From contig JAZDMQ010000162.1 in assembly GCA_043800755.1 (NCBI GenBank), positions 1 to 13,678 on the forward strand: 13,678 nt of DNA. The letters are read 5' to 3'. The notes under the pieces were generated by a model, which was given only the letters and a program-made list of their open reading frames with translations, was not told the origin of the DNA and made no database searches. The stretch comes from a bacterium (GTDB lineage Bacteria; Methylomirabilota; Methylomirabilia; CAVQYV01). The position numbers and the translations under genes are program-made. Of this stretch, positions 9,745-13,678 are shown in pieces (position 1 is the stretch's first letter; every line of letters begins with the position of its first letter).

Positions 9745-9957
9745 TAGGAAATGACCGAGCGAAGGCGGAAAGCGAATCTAAGACAGATCGCAGGTAGCAG
9801 GAATGATAGGGCGGAAGAGCGAGGAGGAAAAAGCGTTTATTCCCTGTTAAGATTTCGGAGGGCGAATTTCGACGCCCATGCGATCCATCAACCTCGGAAG
9901 CTGTAAAAGGGTGTTTTCCAACTGAACGGACTCAGTGGCCCGAAGACAATCGAGAAA

Positions 9958-9979
9958 TCAAGAATGGAGATTCGACCCC
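9958..9979 (-). repeat. 22-bp GGGGTC-type motif, inverted partner of 13549-13570
   Basis: Minus strand GGGGTCGAATCTCCATTCTTGA versus plus strand GGGGTCAAATCTTTATTCTTGA at 13549-13570: 19/22 identical. Confidence 0.75.
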
Positions 9980-10026
9980 CCTCCCTTGCCAATCCCGTAG
10001 GTCGATGACCGGATCCTTCCAGATGC

Positions 10027-11169
10027 CTATTGGTTCACGTGGACCATTTTCACCAGCTGGGGCTTGCCGTTCTTAATGACGGCGATAGGACCGCCGCTGA
10101 GGCCCTCGCCCTCCGGGGTGAAGTTATAGGTCCCGAGAACCCCCTCATACCCCCTGATCGCCAGAATTGCCTCCCGGATCTTGCTGTGATCCTCACCAAC
10201 CTTCCGGATCGCGTCGGCGAGGATGTTGATGGCATCGTAGCTCCAGGGCGCCTGTCTGTCCGGATCGGCGCTGTACTCCTTCCGGTAGGCCTCGACGAAC
10301 TTCCTGTTCGTTGCATTCATCCCCGGCACGGAGTCGACGAATCCGACGAGGCCCTCCGCTGCCTCCCCGGCCAGGTCCAGAAATGCCTTCACGGCTATGG
10401 CGGGGGGGCTGACATACTTGTAAGGGGATCCCAACTGGCGGTATTCAACAGTAAGCCGTGCAACCTCATTGACCCCGTGGCTGTACGGGACCATCGCCTC
10501 GGCTCCGGCCCTCTTGAGGGCCAGGAGTTGGGCCGTGAAGTCGCGGTCCCCCAGGTTGAATCGCTCTCGGGCCACCACCTTCATCCCTTGCGCCTTGGCG
10601 TTCCGCTCTATGGCATCCGCCCCACCGGTCCCAAAAGCCTCGTTCGAATAAATCACACCGATCTTCGTTAGCTTCAACTCCTCCTTGATGTACTTAACCA
10701 GGATGGCAGCGACGATGCCGTCATTGACGCGGCAGCGAAAAAGCCACGGGTTGCCCTGTTTGGTGATGGTCTCGTTGGTACCCCCCAGCATCATCGGGAT
10801 CCCGTAGGCCTTGACCGCGTCTGACATGGCGAGGATCTGAGTGCTCTTCACCGGGCCGATGAAGACCAGGACCTTATCCTGCTCGACGGCCTTGTTCAGC
10901 GCCGCGAGGGCTCCGGGATTGGTAGACTGGTTATCGATGATAAGGATTCTCAGCTTCTTGCCGTTGATGCCGCCCGCCTGGTTGATCTGCTTCTCTGCCA
11001 GCTTCACGCAGTCCACGTAGTAAGGAGCCTCCGCCGAGAAGGCGCCCGTGATAGGAATGCCCACGCCAATGCGGATTTCCCGTTCCGGGGCGGCCATCCC
11101 CGCTGTGGTGAGGGCGATGAGGGAACAAAACAGAAAGAGTGCCAGAGCGATGCGCTTGGTACCGACCAT
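10027..11169 (-). CDS. ABC transporter substrate-binding protein, branched-chain amino acid (LivJ/LivK, PBP1) family, 380 aa
   Basis: RBS AAGGAGG lies 8 nt before ATG 11169. Signal peptide MVGTKRIALALFLFCSLIALTTAGMAA. Motifs IRIGVGIPITG, INQAGGINGKKL, RDFTAQL, SYDAINILADAI and YEGVLGTYNF. Confidence 0.92.
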   Translation of the reverse strand: MVGTKRIALALFLFCSLIALTTAGMAAPEREIRIGVGIPITGAFSAEAPYYVDCVKLAEKQINQAGGINGKKLRILIIDNQSTNPGALAALNKAVEQDKVLVFIGPVKSTQILAMSDAVKAYGIPMMLGGTNETITKQGNPWLFRCRVNDGIVAAILVKYIKEELKLTKIGVIYSNEAFGTGGADAIERNAKAQGMKVVARERFNLGDRDFTAQLLALKRAGAEAMVPYSHGVNEVARLTVEYRQLGSPYKYVSPPAIAVKAFLDLAGEAAEGLVGFVDSVPGMNATNRKFVEAYRKEYSADPDRQAPWSYDAINILADAIRKVGEDHSKIREAILAIRGYEGVLGTYNFTPEGEGLSGGPIAVIKNGKPQLVKMVHVNQ

Positions 11170-11275
11170 GATCATTTCCTCCTTCTCCGGTGGCGATGAC
11201 CAGTTGGGGGGTACAGGGAAGGGATCAGTCAGCGTCGGGGAGGGGGAAAACCCTTGCTCCCTCCCTGGGTTTGGT

Positions 11276-11304
11276 CTTCTACTCCTCGCGAACTCTTTTG
11301 TCAA
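11276..11304 (-). promoter_or_regulatory. Putative sigma70 promoter for the binding-protein gene
   Basis: Minus strand TTGACA (11304-11299), 17-nt spacer, TAGAAG (11281-11276). Confidence 0.5.
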
Positions 11305-11338
11305 TGGGTTTATCGGACCCGGCCGAGGGGAAAGGAAG

Positions 11339-11366
11339 TTGACAGAATTGCCTACCCTCAAATAAT
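11339..11366 (+). promoter_or_regulatory. Putative divergent sigma70 promoter for the membrane-protein gene
   Basis: TTGACA (11339-11344), 16-nt spacer, AATAAT (11361-11366). Confidence 0.5.
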
Positions 11367-11501
11367 CTCCAGGAAAGGCTCCCGGTCTCCGAACGGTTCA
11401 TAAAACTCCTTCCCGCCCTTTCGTGAAGCGAAGGCAGGGGCTTGAAAGCATCTTCATTCGATCGTCTTCCGAAACTGCATTCGCGTCACGGAGAAATTCC
11501 T

Positions 11502-12131
11502 ATGGCCTATCAGAATTACATACTGCTTTCACTCCTATGGATTGGCTACTGCGTCGTCCATAGCGCCCTCATATCCATCACGGTCACAGATTTTCTTGAG
11601 CGCGCCTTGGGGGACAAGTACCGGTTTTATCGGCTGTTTTTCAATATCTTTTCCGTGGGCACCCTCGTGCCGCTGCTCATGTATTCGAATTCGGCTCGTT
11701 GGAAGACTGAACTGCTCTTCACATGGGAAGGCCATCTGCGGATCATTCAATATTGTTTGATCGCTCTGGCGGCAATTCTGGTACTGACTGGTGCGCGCCA
11801 TTACAGCATGCTCCAATTCCTCGGTATTCGTCAGATTCTTCAGGCAAGATCCGGGGGTTCCATGACCGAGAGCGGCGTGTTTGATTCAAGTGGGGTTTTG
11901 CGCGTAGTCCGCCATCCCTGGTATGTGGCAGTATTCATCCTCCTATGGGCGAAAGATCTCAACCTCGCCGGAATAACGATCAACCTGGTCCTCTCAGCCT
12001 ACCTCGTGATCGGAACGCTCCTCGAGGAGCGGAAGCTTGTTTTCAAGTGTGGAGAAAAGTATGAGCTGTATCAGGGTCAGGTATCGATGTTTATCCCGCT
12101 GAAGTGGCTGAGATCCAGGCTTCACATATAG
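11502..12131 (+). CDS. Integral membrane protein, NnrU / isoprenylcysteine carboxyl methyltransferase / MddA-like family, 209 aa
   Basis: GGAG precedes ATG 11502. Several hydrophobic segments, early VVHS, YRFYRLFFN, VRHPWY and LEERKLV...GEKYELYQGQVSMFIP, the C-terminal pattern of ICMT-fold methyltransferases. Confidence 0.82.
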   Translation: MAYQNYILLSLLWIGYCVVHSALISITVTDFLERALGDKYRFYRLFFNIFSVGTLVPLLMYSNSARWKTELLFTWEGHLRIIQYCLIALAAILVLTGARHYSMLQFLGIRQILQARSGGSMTESGVFDSSGVLRVVRHPWYVAVFILLWAKDLNLAGITINLVLSAYLVIGTLLEERKLVFKCGEKYELYQGQVSMFIPLKWLRSRLHI

Positions 12132-12199
12132 ATGCTGAAACTCTATCCGACTGCTGAAGCACCGCATGGTGAGGGTTTAACCTTTGCTGCCAGAAAGCA

Positions 12200-12246
12200 G
12201 GGAAGCTGGGCCACCCCCGTCCGCTGTGGGGCAACCCAGCTTTCCC
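12200..12246. terminator. Hairpin between convergent genes, possible bidirectional terminator
   Basis: GGGAAGCTGGG (12200-12210) pairs with CCCAGCTTTCCC (12235-12246, one bulge), with possible inner CCCC/GGGG pairing. There is no clear U tract. Confidence 0.45.
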
Positions 12247-12274
12247 GAATCAAGTAAGCGTGCGGGGGAACGAC

Positions 12275-13462
12275 CTATACTACAAATACCTCCTGGGGCG
12301 TCTTGTGGATGCGTACTGCTCCGCCCTCTTCAACGATATAGTTATCACAACAAAAGGCGTAGGCTTTCTCGTTGAAGGCAATGGGATGGACGGTAATGTT
12401 CATATGGGCGGCGATTGGAATACGCTCCTCTGAGCGCAGGGCTGGCCTTTCCACCAGATCATAGCCCTGTCCGTGGGCGAACAGCCGCCCCTCTGGAGCG
12501 TATCCCTGGCTCGCCATGAAGTCGTTGTGGGCCTTGAGCAGGTCGGCAGGTTGAGCTCCCGGCACCAGTTGCGCAGCGGTGCGGTGCTGAGCTTCTCTGG
12601 CCACCTCCCAGAGCTTCGACAGCTCCTTGGGCGGATCGCCCAGGCAGACCGTCCGGCCCAGTTCCCCGTAAAATCCGCCCGGGCCGTTCACCTCGATCAT
12701 CACGAACAACTGATCGCCGGCCTGCACCGTGCGATTGAGGAAGTAGGTACCCTTGTGGCCGGCAGGGGAGCCGGGAGGGGCAGAGCCCAGCATCATCAGG
12801 TGCTCTTCGCTGCCCATGTCCGTCAGTATGTGGACCAGATCCGCATTGATCTCCCACTCCTTCCTCCCCGGCCTCACGATCGTGGGGATGGCTGCCCACG
12901 CGGCATCCTGGATGGCCGCAGTTTTCTTGATGAGCTCCAGCTCCTCGGGGCTCTTGATCGCCTTGATCGCGTCCACAAGGTCCGTGGCCTCGACCATCTC
13001 CATCGCGCCCCGGTTCTGCTGCATGTACTCGTAGGAGGCAGCGGACATGGATCCTTTGCCCACGATCCCCACCCGCTTCGCCTCGCGGGCTTTCAACTGG
13101 CTGATCACCTCTTCGGCGTCCAGGGTGTCGGTGTAATTCAGCGATCGGAAGTACGGTCGGCCAATCCTCTCCTTGACGCCCCGCACCGCCCATGCGGGAG
13201 GCCCAGGGGCGAGCGGGGGTCCTCCGCTCGAGATCAGGGTCATTTCGTCGTGGGCTGGAAAGATCACCGTGATCGGGTACCCAAACTGAGCCGGGATGTC
13301 GGTAAACCACCGGACATAGCCGCCGAGGAACTCGTTGCTGTTCTGCATGACCAGGCAGTCGAGGCCCTGCTTGTCCATGGCCTTCCTGGTCTCGGCCCAT
13401 CGCCGCTCCAGTTCGCTCGTGGAAATCGGGTGACGGACGTTCTCCTTCAGGGTGGGGTTCAT
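12275..13462 (-). CDS. M24 (Xaa-Pro peptidase/creatinase fold) family protein with atypical active site
   Basis: RBS AAAGGAG. Creatinase-N-like start (ELERRW...GLDCLV...GGYVRWFT), IKAIKSPEELELIKK, RPGRKEWEI, GFYGELGRT, HGQG and terminal IHKTPQEVFVV. Confidence 0.9.
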   Translation of the reverse strand: MNPTLKENVRHPISTSELERRWAETRKAMDKQGLDCLVMQNSNEFLGGYVRWFTDIPAQFGYPITVIFPAHDEMTLISSGGPPLAPGPPAWAVRGVKERIGRPYFRSLNYTDTLDAEEVISQLKAREAKRVGIVGKGSMSAASYEYMQQNRGAMEMVEATDLVDAIKAIKSPEELELIKKTAAIQDAAWAAIPTIVRPGRKEWEINADLVHILTDMGSEEHLMMLGSAPPGSPAGHKGTYFLNRTVQAGDQLFVMIEVNGPGGFYGELGRTVCLGDPPKELSKLWEVAREAQHRTAAQLVPGAQPADLLKAHNDFMASQGYAPEGRLFAHGQGYDLVERPALRSEERIPIAAHMNITVHPIAFNEKAYAFCCDNYIVEEGGAVRIHKTPQEVFVV

Positions 13463-13493
13463 GGTCGCTCTCCTTTCCTGTTACAGCAAATCG

Positions 13494-13570
13494 CAAGGGG
13501 GGTCAAACACAAGGGGGGTCAACACAAACAAGTGGGGCACAAACAAGTGGGGTCAAATCTTTATTCTTGA
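13494..13570 (+). repeat. Degenerate tandem array of four ~15-nt units ending in the 22-bp GGGGTCAAATCTTTATTCTTGA motif
   Basis: CAAGGGGGGTCAAACA (13494-13509), CAAGGGGGGTCAACA (13510-13524), CAAACAAGTGGGGCA (13525-13539), CAAACAAGTGGGGTCAAA (13540-13557). Confidence 0.88.
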
Positions 13571-13678
13571 GTCAATTTCCCTTTGATTCCCTCCATCCGC
13601 GCCGCCAGGCCTTTACCTTTTCCCAACAGGGTGTGCAGCTTCTTCCGGCCGACACTCACTGAACTATAATCGATTCCC

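Noticed and set aside
6997..10671. Plus-strand ORFs 6997-7860, 8338-9228 and 10030-10671
   Set aside because: Antisense to minus-strand genes with clear family motifs and RBSs.
11502..13462. DddP plus MddA DMS-production pair
   Set aside because: The M24 protein lacks the Asp/Glu ligand set DddP shares with canonical M24 enzymes, the genes are convergent, and the MddA identity is unproven.
13494..13557. Possible CRISPR array
   Set aside because: Units are about 15 nt and directly adjacent, with no unique spacers and no cas genes in the window.
12459..13570. ORFs 12459-13496 (-) and 12473-13570 (+)
   Set aside because: Alternative-frame and antisense shadows of the M24 gene with no recognisable protein features.
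13665..13670. TATAAT near the right edge
   Set aside because: No convincing -35, and any downstream gene is outside the window, so it cannot be supported.

Overview
GC-rich bacterial window, probably from a diderm given the beta-barrel-like DUF1207 protein; taxon not determinable from sequence alone. The left part (1-4990) is a nitrogen-assimilation cluster: a split, archaeal-type glutamate synthase (GATase subunit cut by the window edge, ferredoxin/FMN subunit, GXGXG subunit), then P-II (glnB), type I glutamine synthetase (glnA) and a terminator-like hairpin. The right part looks accessory and is mostly on the minus strand: a DUF1207-like outer-membrane protein, a URO-D-fold protein, a HemL-like class III aminotransferase, an orphan LivK-type binding protein, a lower-GC NnrU/MddA/ICMT-like membrane protein (plus strand) and an M24-fold protein with non-canonical metal ligands. 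The most notable unexplained signals are (i) a 22-bp inverted pair (19/22 identity) at 9958-9979 and 13549-13570 around a three-gene block, with a stuttered GGGGTCAA array at the right copy, (ii) a hemL-like/hemE-like pair lacking tetrapyrrole-enzyme motifs, and (iii) the rewired M24 active site. All calls come from reading the sequence; no searches were run.
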